Assembly: GCA_964571555.1 (NCBI GenBank) | Contig: CAZNCH010000001.1 | Coordinates: 1,265-65,264 of the forward strand | Direction of reading: 5' to 3' | Source of the DNA: an uncultured Lachnospiraceae bacterium | GTDB lineage: Bacteria; Bacillota; Clostridia; Lachnospirales; Lachnospiraceae | Length of the DNA: 64,000 nt | Shown: positions 46,679 to 55,642 of the stretch, in pieces | Layout: every line of letters starts with the position of its first letter | Numbering within the stretch: position 1 is the first letter of the stretch | The notes under the pieces: model-generated | Databases searched by the model: none | The model's input: the letters and a program-made list of their open reading frames with translations, nothing else | What the model was told of the DNA's origin: nothing | Made by a program: the position numbers and the translations under genes

Positions 46679-47623
46679 TTGAACATTGCTTTTATCATTT
46701 CGGCGATCATTTTGCTGCTCGCGGTTTTCTTCGTGATCGCCATGTCGCTGGTTCTCTACAACATCATTCTGGTCAGAACATCGGAGCTGAAATGGGGACG
46801 GGAATGCAGCATCACGGAGGATGCGGAATATCAGCGCATGTATGATATCGGGCTTGCCTGGGAACAGCATCACCGCGATTGCAAGTCGGAGGTTTTCGTA
46901 CAAAGCGACGGATTCAGACTTGCAGGGGAATATTTTGACTTTGGCTCTGACCGCGCGGTGATCATTGTGGCGGGACGAACGGAGTCCTGTCTCTATTCCT
47001 ACTTTTTCGCGGAGCCTTACCGCGTTGCCGGCTACAATGTTTTGGTCATTGATAATCGCGCACATGGCTTGTCGGAGGGGAAGCGCGTCTCGCTGGGCTT
47101 CAAGGAATACAGGGATCTTCTGAAATGGGGCGAACTGCTGCATGAGGAAAAGGGGAACGCACATCTTATGCTGCACGGAATCTGTATCGGGTCTTCGGTT
47201 GCGCTGTTCACGCTCACCGATCCGTCGTGTCCCGCCTACTGGGACGGAATGGTTGCAGAGGGAATGTACACCACGTTTGCGGAGTCCTTCAAGAATCACA
47301 TGATTCAGGATCACAGACCGCTGTTTCCGATCTTCTATGTGACAATGCTGTGGGTGCTTTTGCTTTCCGGCGCCAACGTAATGACGGACGGTCCTCTGAA
47401 GCGGCTGCCGCTGCTGAAGAAGCCGATTCTCTTTCTGCACAGCAGAGAGGATGTATTTTCTCTGCCGGAGAAGGCGGAACTGTTATATGAAAAGTGCAAG
47501 GCGCGAAAAGAAATGGTCTGGTTTGAAACCGGCGCGCATTCCAGACTCCGCATCCGTCATTTAGAGGCGTATGATGCGGCGGTTCGTGCATTTGCGAAAA
47601 GACTGAGGAATGAGAATATTTAA
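46679..47623 (+). CDS. membrane-anchored alpha/beta hydrolase (paralog 3 of 3) with Cys in the nucleophile elbow
   Basis: TTG start after GAGGTGGA and an N-terminal TM helix. The elbow reads G-I-C-I-G (Cys codon TGT at 47183-47185) where the paralogs have Ser. Asp (HSREDVF) and His (GAHSR) are retained. Confidence 0.7.
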   Translation: MNIAFIISAIILLLAVFFVIAMSLVLYNIILVRTSELKWGRECSITEDAEYQRMYDIGLAWEQHHRDCKSEVFVQSDGFRLAGEYFDFGSDRAVIIVAGRTESCLYSYFFAEPYRVAGYNVLVIDNRAHGLSEGKRVSLGFKEYRDLLKWGELLHEEKGNAHLMLHGICIGSSVALFTLTDPSCPAYWDGMVAEGMYTTFAESFKNHMIQDHRPLFPIFYVTMLWVLLLSGANVMTDGPLKRLPLLKKPILFLHSREDVFSLPEKAELLYEKCKARKEMVWFETGAHSRLRIRHLEAYDAAVRAFAKRLRNENI

Positions 47624-48746
47624 TCGAAAATCAAAGAACAGAAAGAGAATGCCCGGCGCTAACGTGATTGCAGCAGCATGCGGAAGCGCCCTCTTGTTGT
47701 GCGGCTGTAATCAGACAGCGCCTGCTGCCGAAGCCGTGATTCCGCACAAGACCTATCAGAAACTGGAATATGTCACAACCGTGGTACAGAAGGGCGATAT
47801 GAAACCGGTGCTGACCTTGAAACTGAAGGCGCAGCTCGGCACGCAAATCCGCTATACGGTGAATTTGGCGGACGCCGAGGTGGATGAAGTCTATGTGAGC
47901 ACGGGAGACAAGGTAGTCAAGGGGCAGCTTCTGGTCTCCTTCAAGTCCGAGAAAACGAAAAAGGAAATTGAGAACTACAGGGCGGAGCTCGAAGAAAAAC
48001 AGTTGATGCTCGATCATTATACCAGAATGTCTCTGTTTGATTTACAGGAGCGGGAATATTACGAAAAAGAGCGGAAGGAGTATCCGCTTTATCAGCAGCA
48101 GGAAGATGAGATCAACAAAGAACGGGATCAGGAGAGCAAACGCCGGAAGGCGGCGGATTACAGTTTCACTGTACAACAGTTGCAATCGGATGTGGATCTG
48201 GCGGCGCTCTATCTGGAAGAAGCAACTGCCAGACTTGAGAATTGTCAGATTCGGGCAGAAGAGGACGGCGTCATCTCCTTTATGAGTCAGGGCTTGCTCA
48301 GCGGCTATGTACAGCCCGGCGAAACCCTGATGAACGAAAACTGCGGAGAGAATACCTACGCCGCCTATACCAGGGACGACTATGATTTTCGGATCGAAGA
48401 CAGTTTTACGGCGGAGGACGAGAACGCTTCCTACAAAATGACGGTGACGCAGACGAGCGGAGAAGACGACGGGACGAGACGAATCGTGTTCGTACCGGAT
48501 GCGACGCTGCTCAATCCGCCGGAGGGGGAAGCGCTTACCATGACCATCGAGAAGACCCGTTTGTTCGACGTGGTCTATGTGGAAAAGGGAGCAATCGCAA
48601 CCAAGGGAGAGCAATCTTTCGTCTATCTGGTATCGGAGAACGGCTTTCTTGACGCAAGAGAAGTGGAAACGGGGGAAGTCGTAGAGAATATGGTTGTAAT
48701 TAAAAAGGGTTTGAACGGGAACGAAAAGGTGGCAGTGATCAAATGA
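47610..48746 (+). CDS. HlyD/MacA-family membrane fusion (periplasmic adaptor-like) lipoprotein
   Basis: Lipobox LLCGC, a lipoyl-like hairpin (VYVSTGDKVVKGQLLVSF), a coiled-coil stretch, and beta-barrel/membrane-proximal segments. Confidence 0.75.
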   Translation: MRIFNRKSKNRKRMPGANVIAAACGSALLLCGCNQTAPAAEAVIPHKTYQKLEYVTTVVQKGDMKPVLTLKLKAQLGTQIRYTVNLADAEVDEVYVSTGDKVVKGQLLVSFKSEKTKKEIENYRAELEEKQLMLDHYTRMSLFDLQEREYYEKERKEYPLYQQQEDEINKERDQESKRRKAADYSFTVQQLQSDVDLAALYLEEATARLENCQIRAEEDGVISFMSQGLLSGYVQPGETLMNENCGENTYAAYTRDDYDFRIEDSFTAEDENASYKMTVTQTSGEDDGTRRIVFVPDATLLNPPEGEALTMTIEKTRLFDVVYVEKGAIATKGEQSFVYLVSENGFLDAREVETGEVVENMVVIKKGLNGNEKVAVIK

Positions 48747-51004
48747 GAAAACAGACATTTGGAAAGTGCGTGTGGGGGGTCATGGCGGCGTGCCTGCTGC
48801 TTGGCGGGTGTAAGGATGCAAGAGAGGTCCCGGCGCTGATCGAACCGGTTGCCGCCAACCAGTCGTTTCGACCGGTGGAGAGAAGAAATATCGGGAAAAT
48901 CCATGTTTCGATTGGAAATGTAGTGGCGGCGGAGGATTGCTATTACTATAAAAAGGTCACAACGATCAAGGAAATCCGTGTCAATGTCGGACAGCGGGTC
49001 GAAGAAGGCGACATTCTGGCGACGGCGGATCTGGAAGCGCTGGAGAATGAACTGGAGGATATTTCCGATCAAAGGGCATATTTCAGTGCGCTTCATGACG
49101 CCAACCAGCCCTTGTATCCGCTCCGGCTCGATCTGATCGACGTCGATAAACGCAGTTACGTCAACAGAGAGGACGGAAAGAGCGCTGCGGAGTGCGATAA
49201 TAAGACCAATCTGGAAAAAGAGAACTATCTCTACGACGAGAAACTCTTTGAGTACCAGATGAGACAACTTGCAAAGCGAGCGGAAGAAGTAAGGGAACAG
49301 ATTGCGGACGCGACGCTTAGGGCAACCAGGGCAGGCGTGGTCACCTACATTAAAAACACCGGCAAAAACAATGTGGCAAGGATAAACGAAGTCGTCGTGA
49401 TCGTGGCGGATGAAAACGACGTTTACATCGAAACGCCGGATCAGACCACCGAGGTGAACAAGTATAAGAAATACGAAGTGAAGTATGCGCTGATCGACGG
49501 GAAGGAGATTCCGGTTACGGAAGTGGAATATACGGACGATGAAACGATCTATGCAAGGGCGCAGCGCAGTTATCCCTGTATCCGTTACAAGACGCAGGAG
49601 CCGACTGATCTGAAGCCCGGAAATTCCGTCGTGCTCTGTTTCTTTCAGAAGGATCGGACCCGGGCGCTGTGTGTCGGTTCGGATTCCCTGAACTCGGATG
49701 ACGTCGGGAACTATGTCTATGTGAAAGGAAACGGGGATGAACTTGAAAAGCGCTACGTGTTAACCGGTGCTTCTGACGATTATTTTACGGAGATCCTTGA
49801 CGGGTTGGAGGAAGGAGAAGCGGTCTTCTATGTGCAGGAAATCGCGTCCCCCGTGAACTACAAAGAATATCGGGTCGAGAGTCGGGAGTATACGCAGACC
49901 TATATGAGCCTGAAACTGCGAGAGGGGCAGACCTTGAATCAGGCATATTTCGCCCCCTGCTTGGGAACCGTGAAGGAGATCCGTGTGGATCAGGGGAAGT
50001 GGGTAAAAAAGGGAGATGTGCTCATGGTCATTGATACCGGAGGCGGCGCTTCCGCGATTCAGGAGATTGTCAATGAGAAGAACCGGATCAAGGCGGATTA
50101 TGATAAGACGGTCAACAGTCTGGACGGGCAGCTCTATGATACAACCGCGCAAAAGGAGATTACAACGATAGAGGCAGGTATGTTCCACATGTGCGAACCG
50201 GATTATTTATTTGCCATGGAACGGGCGCAGATCCAGCAGAAGATGGCGGTTTACCAGAAGGAAGTGGCGAAGGCGGAGTATGAAGGGAGAATCAGACAGT
50301 GCAACAGGCGCCTGGAGCGCGTAAAAAAGGATAATGACGGCGCCGGTCTGGTCAGTGTAGTAGCGGAAGAGGACGGTATGATTTCGCGGATTCATGTCAA
50401 GGAAGGCGCTCTCATTAAGGAAAACGGCGAGAATCATCTCCTGTTGTCCTGCGCCGCTTACACACCGGATATCGTGGCGGTTTCGGTAAACACCATTCTC
50501 TCGCTTTCGTTGAACGGAAGAGTGAACGGCGTCTGTCCGATCGGAGCAAAGGTGCGAATCGTAGATTCGGAGGATGATTCGATCGCTTTCTCCGGCGTCT
50601 GCGTCAGCAATGCGTGGGATACAAAAAGTTATGCCTTTACCGAAGAAGACGGACGTGCGCGCGCGGTGACAATCAGCGATGAAGACAATAAAGAGAATTA
50701 CTTCTATGTCAAAATGGATGATCCCGAGTTTCTGGAGAAGCTCAACGTCAACAAAGCCGCAGCTTATCTGGACACGATGCAGGGGGAGAACATGATTGCG
50801 ATTCCTGCGCGGCTGCTCTACAAAGAGGAGAGCAAGACCGATAAAAAGGAAAAGTATTTCGTCTGGAAACTGCAGGACGGAAATCCCGTCAAGCAGTATG
50901 TGATCAGAGGTACGGAGTACGGTCTCGGAAATGAAACGGAAACAGTGATCCTGCAAGGAATCTCGAACGGAGATATTCTGGCGGATGAAGGAAATCATCA
51001 GTAG
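48743..51004 (+). CDS. tandemly duplicated HlyD/MacA-family membrane fusion lipoprotein (two complete adaptor modules in one chain)
   Basis: Lipobox LLLGGC. There are two lipoyl-type motifs (IKEIRVNVGQRVEEGDILATAD and VKEIRVDQGKWVKKGDVLMVID). Each is followed by a coiled coil, a second half-lipoyl (RAGVVTYI / DGMISRIHVKEG) and beta-rich domains. Confidence 0.7.
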   Translation: MRKQTFGKCVWGVMAACLLLGGCKDAREVPALIEPVAANQSFRPVERRNIGKIHVSIGNVVAAEDCYYYKKVTTIKEIRVNVGQRVEEGDILATADLEALENELEDISDQRAYFSALHDANQPLYPLRLDLIDVDKRSYVNREDGKSAAECDNKTNLEKENYLYDEKLFEYQMRQLAKRAEEVREQIADATLRATRAGVVTYIKNTGKNNVARINEVVVIVADENDVYIETPDQTTEVNKYKKYEVKYALIDGKEIPVTEVEYTDDETIYARAQRSYPCIRYKTQEPTDLKPGNSVVLCFFQKDRTRALCVGSDSLNSDDVGNYVYVKGNGDELEKRYVLTGASDDYFTEILDGLEEGEAVFYVQEIASPVNYKEYRVESREYTQTYMSLKLREGQTLNQAYFAPCLGTVKEIRVDQGKWVKKGDVLMVIDTGGGASAIQEIVNEKNRIKADYDKTVNSLDGQLYDTTAQKEITTIEAGMFHMCEPDYLFAMERAQIQQKMAVYQKEVAKAEYEGRIRQCNRRLERVKKDNDGAGLVSVVAEEDGMISRIHVKEGALIKENGENHLLLSCAAYTPDIVAVSVNTILSLSLNGRVNGVCPIGAKVRIVDSEDDSIAFSGVCVSNAWDTKSYAFTEEDGRARAVTISDEDNKENYFYVKMDDPEFLEKLNVNKAAAYLDTMQGENMIAIPARLLYKEESKTDKKEKYFVWKLQDGNPVKQYVIRGTEYGLGNETETVILQGISNGDILADEGNHQ

Positions 51005-51012
51005 GTGGAGAA

Positions 51013-53865
51013 ATGCTGCAACTCATCAAGAATAAGATCAAAAACAAAAAATTGCTGAATTTAAGCCTTCTGACAGGCGTGATTCTCCTTGCGGGTCTGC
51101 TCTGCGTCTACCCGATCTTTCGAGAGGGGAGTCTGAACCGGCTCCTCATGACGATGTTTACGGACGCCATTGAGGAAAAAGAGCAATACCCTGCGGTCAT
51201 CATGCGGAACGGACTACTGGCGGAAGAGGATTTCACCTCTGTTGACTCCATTCTTGCCGAAATGGACGCCTATGAGAAAAAGTGGGGTGAGAAAATTACT
51301 GCACCCGTCGTGGAACGACAACGCCTGATTCGCATTCCCGGCGGAAACGCAGAGACCAGTTTCGGTGAAAAATCACGGGTCGTAACGCTGGGCTATGTGC
51401 CAGAGTTATATGAACATGCAGACGTCGTGTACGGCGTTGCCGCGGATCGTGCGGAACAATCCGATAACGAATATGTGTTGGATGCCTTGCGTTTGGGCGC
51501 TTATCCCTGCGTGATCTCGCAGACGACGATGGATAAATACGGGCTGGTGGTCGGCGAACAACTCTCGTTTAAATTCAGACTTTACGGGGATCCGACGCCC
51601 TATGATTTCGTGATAACAGGCATCGTTGAAGAAAAGGAAAATGACGGTCGCTACTGGTACAGCCGGTTACGCGAGAACGATAAGATGCTCTTTGTGAACA
51701 AAGATGATTTTAACGAACTCGTGATTCTGTCGGAGAGTGCGGAGATTCGCTATGAAGCGGAAGTGATGTATGACTTTTCAAAGATCAACTGTAAGAATGC
51801 ACCCGAATATCTGGATGCATTAATCGCTTTCAAAGCGGAAGATGAGCACCTGTACCCCAATTTCGATCATACGCTGAGCCGTTATCTCGAGCAGGAAAAG
51901 GCAATCAGTGTGATCCTGCTCACCTTTGAACTGCCGATAGTGGCACTTTTACTGCTTTTCCTTTATATGATTTCGGATCGGATCCTTGAAATGGAGACAA
52001 CGGAAATCTCCATGTTGAAGAGCCGCGGCGTCAGCCGAGCGAAAATCATCGGTCTCTATGTCGGTCAGTCTTCTCTGATCGCTTTGATCGGCTGTATCAT
52101 CGGCTTGCCGGTGGGCTTCTTTCTGTGCAGGCTGGCAGCAGGCACAAACGCCTTTCTTTCGTTCTCCATGAAAGACGTCGGCACTTATTTGCCGACTCCC
52201 ATGATGCTGCCGTTTGCAGCGCTTGCTTTTGTCCTGTCCGTGCTTTTCATGACGCTTCCCGTGATCGCTCTTTCGCGGCTTACGATCACAGACAGGAAGG
52301 GAAAAAGAATCTCCCTGCATCACATCCCGTTTTGGGAGAAGGCGTTCCTCGATGTGCTGCTGTTGGGCGTATCAGGCTATCTTCTCTACAACTATTACAA
52401 ACAGAGCGAAGAAATGTCGGCGCGCATCATCGGCGGCGGCAGTATCGATCCCGTGATTTTTCTCGATTCAACGCTGTTTATCCTATCCTGCGGTCTGCTC
52501 TTTATCCGCCTTACGGGATATCTGGTAAGGCTGATTTATCGGCTCGGCAGAAAACACTGGAAACCGGCGACCTTTGTCGCTTTCATGCAGATCATCCGCG
52601 GGGTCGGAAAGCAGGGCTTCATCTCCGTTTTTCTTGTGATGACGATTGCCATGGGGGTCTTCAATGCGAATCTCGCAAGAACCGTCAATGAGAATGCGGA
52701 ACGAAGAACAAGTTACAATCTCGGCACGGATTTAAGACTGCAGGAGAAGTGGAAGTTAACGACGATCCGCGTGAACCCTACCGACCCGACGCCGCTCTGG
52801 AACTATTCCGAGCCCGATTTCGAACGGTACAGATTCTTAGAGGAGTTCGGCGCAGAAGAGATGACGCGGGTCATCTGTGACGAAAATACGGATCTTGTGA
52901 TCGATAAGAAGGTGGAGAAGGGGAATACCCTGATGGCGATTCACACAAAGGAATTCGGAGAGACGGCAACACTGCCGGAAGGCGTGAATGACGTGCATTG
53001 GTTTCATTACCTGAACCAGCTGGCAAAGCTTCCGAACGGGGTGCTTATTTCAAGCAATCTTGCGCAGAAATACAGTCTCAAAGAAGGGGATAAAATCAAA
53101 TATGAAAGATACAGCCCTGTGAATGAGAAAGAGCCGTATCAGACCGTGGAGGCGAAGATCTGCGGCATTGTCGATGCGTTCCCGGGCTATGAGAGCGCAG
53201 CCTACACCGCAAAAGAGGACGGAACGGTAGAGCTTCGCGAGAACTATCTTGTAGTTGCCAATTATGCGACTGTGGTGAATGATTTCTCCATCACCCCATA
53301 CCAGATCTGGATTCGTCTGAGGAATTACGCGGATTCCGATCAGATGGAGCGCGCAATCGAAGATGCGGGAATCACGCTGACATCCTTTACGTCTCTGGAG
53401 AGAGAGATCCAGGATCAGCGGGATTCCGCGATGATCCAGATTACCAACGGGATGTTCTCCGTCGGGTTTATTATTTCGCTGTTGATCTGCGCGGTCGGTT
53501 TTCTGATCTATTGGATCCTGACCATTCGGGAGAGAGAACTGCTCTACGGAATCTATCGGGCAATGGGGATGAGTATGCGTGAGATCCAGAAAATGCTGGT
53601 AACGGAGCAGATTTTCAGTTCGCTTCTGGCAGCAGTGTCCGGCTTCGGCGTCGGCGCAGTGACGACGCTGCTGTTCACAAAGTTGATTTCCATCGTATAT
53701 CTGCCGCGGAAACATAATCTTCCGATTGAAATTGCGATGAAGCCGGAGGACAGCATCAAAATGGTGGTGATCATCGTGATCGCGTTCGCCGTTTGCTTCT
53801 ATATCATGCGCAAAACAATCCGAAACATGAACATTACACAGGCCTTGAAGATGGGAGAGGATTAA
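51013..53865 (+). CDS. ABC transporter permease with two MacB/FtsX-type modules
   Basis: 950 aa. The pattern TM - large extracytoplasmic domain - 3 TM occurs twice, and the C-terminal FtsX-type helices are recognisable. Confidence 0.8.
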   Translation: MLQLIKNKIKNKKLLNLSLLTGVILLAGLLCVYPIFREGSLNRLLMTMFTDAIEEKEQYPAVIMRNGLLAEEDFTSVDSILAEMDAYEKKWGEKITAPVVERQRLIRIPGGNAETSFGEKSRVVTLGYVPELYEHADVVYGVAADRAEQSDNEYVLDALRLGAYPCVISQTTMDKYGLVVGEQLSFKFRLYGDPTPYDFVITGIVEEKENDGRYWYSRLRENDKMLFVNKDDFNELVILSESAEIRYEAEVMYDFSKINCKNAPEYLDALIAFKAEDEHLYPNFDHTLSRYLEQEKAISVILLTFELPIVALLLLFLYMISDRILEMETTEISMLKSRGVSRAKIIGLYVGQSSLIALIGCIIGLPVGFFLCRLAAGTNAFLSFSMKDVGTYLPTPMMLPFAALAFVLSVLFMTLPVIALSRLTITDRKGKRISLHHIPFWEKAFLDVLLLGVSGYLLYNYYKQSEEMSARIIGGGSIDPVIFLDSTLFILSCGLLFIRLTGYLVRLIYRLGRKHWKPATFVAFMQIIRGVGKQGFISVFLVMTIAMGVFNANLARTVNENAERRTSYNLGTDLRLQEKWKLTTIRVNPTDPTPLWNYSEPDFERYRFLEEFGAEEMTRVICDENTDLVIDKKVEKGNTLMAIHTKEFGETATLPEGVNDVHWFHYLNQLAKLPNGVLISSNLAQKYSLKEGDKIKYERYSPVNEKEPYQTVEAKICGIVDAFPGYESAAYTAKEDGTVELRENYLVVANYATVVNDFSITPYQIWIRLRNYADSDQMERAIEDAGITLTSFTSLEREIQDQRDSAMIQITNGMFSVGFIISLLICAVGFLIYWILTIRERELLYGIYRAMGMSMREIQKMLVTEQIFSSLLAAVSGFGVGAVTTLLFTKLISIVYLPRKHNLPIEIAMKPEDSIKMVVIIVIAFAVCFYIMRKTIRNMNITQALKMGED

Positions 53866-53866
53866 G

Positions 53867-54697
53867 ATGGAATATATGATAGAAACCAGACAGATTCATA
53901 AAAGTTTTCCTCTCGGCAACAAAGAAACGCTGGAAGTCCTGAAAGGGATCGATCTCAAAATCGAAAAGGGAAAACTGACGATTCTGAAAGGAAGATCCGG
54001 CTCGGGGAAAACAACGCTGTTAAATATTCTAAGCCTGCTGGATGCACCGACAAAAGGTGAACTTCTGATCGACGGCGAGGAAATGAAAGAGAAAAGCGAG
54101 GTCGAAAAAGAGAAGATCCGAAGATATCATATCGGCTTCGTCTTCCAGTCGGTTGCGCTGCTGCCGATCCTTTCCGCTTATGAAAATGTGGAGTTCGGCA
54201 TGAGGCTTGCCGCATATGAAGGAAACATGGACGAAAGGATTCGAAATGTCTTAAGGATCGTCGGACTGCAGAAGCGCATGGGTCACATGCCCGCGCAGAT
54301 GTCCGGCGGTGAACAGCAGAGAGTCGCAATTGCGAGGGCGGTCGCCCACAGTCCCAAGATCATCTTCGCAGACGAGCCGACAGGGGCGCTGGATACGGAT
54401 TCCGGTCTTGCGATCATGAAACTGTTTCGGGAGCTGATTGAGAAAGAGGGCATCACGATTGTCATGACAACGCACGACCCGAATCTGATGCAGCTTGGAG
54501 ACGTCGTCTATGAAATGGAAGACGGGGAACTGACGCTGATTGCCGAAGAAAACGAAGCGGAACCGATTGAGGAGACTCTTTCGGAGACAGCAACAGAAGA
54601 AAAAACAGAAAAAAGGGAAACAGTGAACAAAGAAACAGACGCAACAGAAAAGGAAACGGACAATGGAGCAGAAGAAGGAAGAGATTCTGGTTTGTGA
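53867..54697 (+). CDS. ABC transporter ATP-binding protein 1 (MacB/LolD type) with an acidic low-complexity C-terminal tail
   Basis: Walker A GRSGSGKTT, signature MSGGEQQRVA, Walker B IFADEP. The ~50-aa tail is rich in E, T and K. Confidence 0.9.
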   Translation: MEYMIETRQIHKSFPLGNKETLEVLKGIDLKIEKGKLTILKGRSGSGKTTLLNILSLLDAPTKGELLIDGEEMKEKSEVEKEKIRRYHIGFVFQSVALLPILSAYENVEFGMRLAAYEGNMDERIRNVLRIVGLQKRMGHMPAQMSGGEQQRVAIARAVAHSPKIIFADEPTGALDTDSGLAIMKLFRELIEKEGITIVMTTHDPNLMQLGDVVYEMEDGELTLIAEENEAEPIEETLSETATEEKTEKRETVNKETDATEKETDNGAEEGRDSGL

Positions 54698-55568
54698 CGG
54701 ACTGGTGAAAATATTCAAGACAGACGAAGTGGAAGTGATGGCGCTGCAAGGGCTGGATCTTACGATTAAACGAGGGGAACTCGTCGCCATTATCGGGAAA
54801 AGCGGCAGCGGGAAATCAACGCTTTTGAATATGATCGGCGGTCTGGATCGACCGACGGCGGGAAGAATCTATGCGGACGGAAATGATCTCTTTGCAATGA
54901 CGGAGCAGCAGTTGGTGGAATATCGGCGGAGCACGGTCGGTTTCGTCTGGCAGAACAGCGGGCAGAATCTGTTTTCTTATCTGACCGCCGTACAGAATGT
55001 GGAAGCGCCGTTATATTTTGAGCGGATGGGCGACAAGGAGAGAAGAGAACGCGCCATGGAACTTCTGAAGCGAACCGGCGTCGAGCACAAGGCAGACGCC
55101 TACCCGACCCAGATGTCCGGCGGAGAACAGCAGAGAGTTGCGATTGCGGTGGCGCTGGCGAACGATCCGAAGATTCTGCTGGCAGACGAACCGACCGGTT
55201 CTGTGGATTCGAAGACATCCAATCGGATTCAGGATTTGTTCCGGAAGTTAAATGAGGAAACCGGACTGACGATCATTATCGTGACGCACGATATCAGTCT
55301 TGCAAACAAGGTGTCCCGTGTGATTATGGTCTCCGACGGTAAGATCAGTACGGAGAAAATCATGAAGGAAGCGTACCGGAAGAAGTTGGATGAATTGTCA
55401 ACCGAGACGTTAAAGGAAATAGAGTCGCATGAAGAATATTCGGTGCTTGACAAGGCAAGGCGCGTCCAACTCAGTGAAGACGCATTGCAGGAAGCGGGGA
55501 TTGACAGTCACATGGTAAAAGTGGAAGTTGTCGACGGAAAAATCGTGATCTCAAAGCAGGACGCGTGA
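54663..55568 (+). CDS. ABC transporter ATP-binding protein 2 (MacB/LolD type) with a ~75-aa C-terminal extension
   Basis: Walker A GKSGSGKST, signature MSGGEQQRVA, Walker B LLADEP. It overlaps the preceding gene by 35 nt and the extension ends ...RRVQLSEDALQEAGIDSHMVKVEVVDGKIVISKQDA. Confidence 0.9.
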   Translation: MEQKKEEILVCDGLVKIFKTDEVEVMALQGLDLTIKRGELVAIIGKSGSGKSTLLNMIGGLDRPTAGRIYADGNDLFAMTEQQLVEYRRSTVGFVWQNSGQNLFSYLTAVQNVEAPLYFERMGDKERRERAMELLKRTGVEHKADAYPTQMSGGEQQRVAIAVALANDPKILLADEPTGSVDSKTSNRIQDLFRKLNEETGLTIIIVTHDISLANKVSRVIMVSDGKISTEKIMKEAYRKKLDELSTETLKEIESHEEYSVLDKARRVQLSEDALQEAGIDSHMVKVEVVDGKIVISKQDA

Positions 55569-55578
55569 GATCTCAGGT

Positions 55579-55605
55579 TAAGGATTCCGGCGGATCTGCC
55601 GAAAT
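55579..55605 (+). promoter_or_regulatory. sigma-28 (SigD/FliA)-type promoter: TAAG-N15-GCCGAAAT
   Basis: It matches the TAAA-N15-GCCGATAA consensus at 3/4 and 7/8 positions with exact spacing. It lies 38 nt upstream of the 55643 ATG. Confidence 0.6.
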
Positions 55606-55642
55606 ATAGTGCGTAAGACATTCGGATTGAAGAGGGTGCACT

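Noticed and set aside
54540-54700. A purine-rich, quasi-repetitive tract (ACAGAA/GAAAA units)
   Set aside because: It is not a tandem repeat or a CRISPR-like element. It encodes the E/T/K-rich tail of ABC ATPase 1 and holds the start region of ATPase 2.
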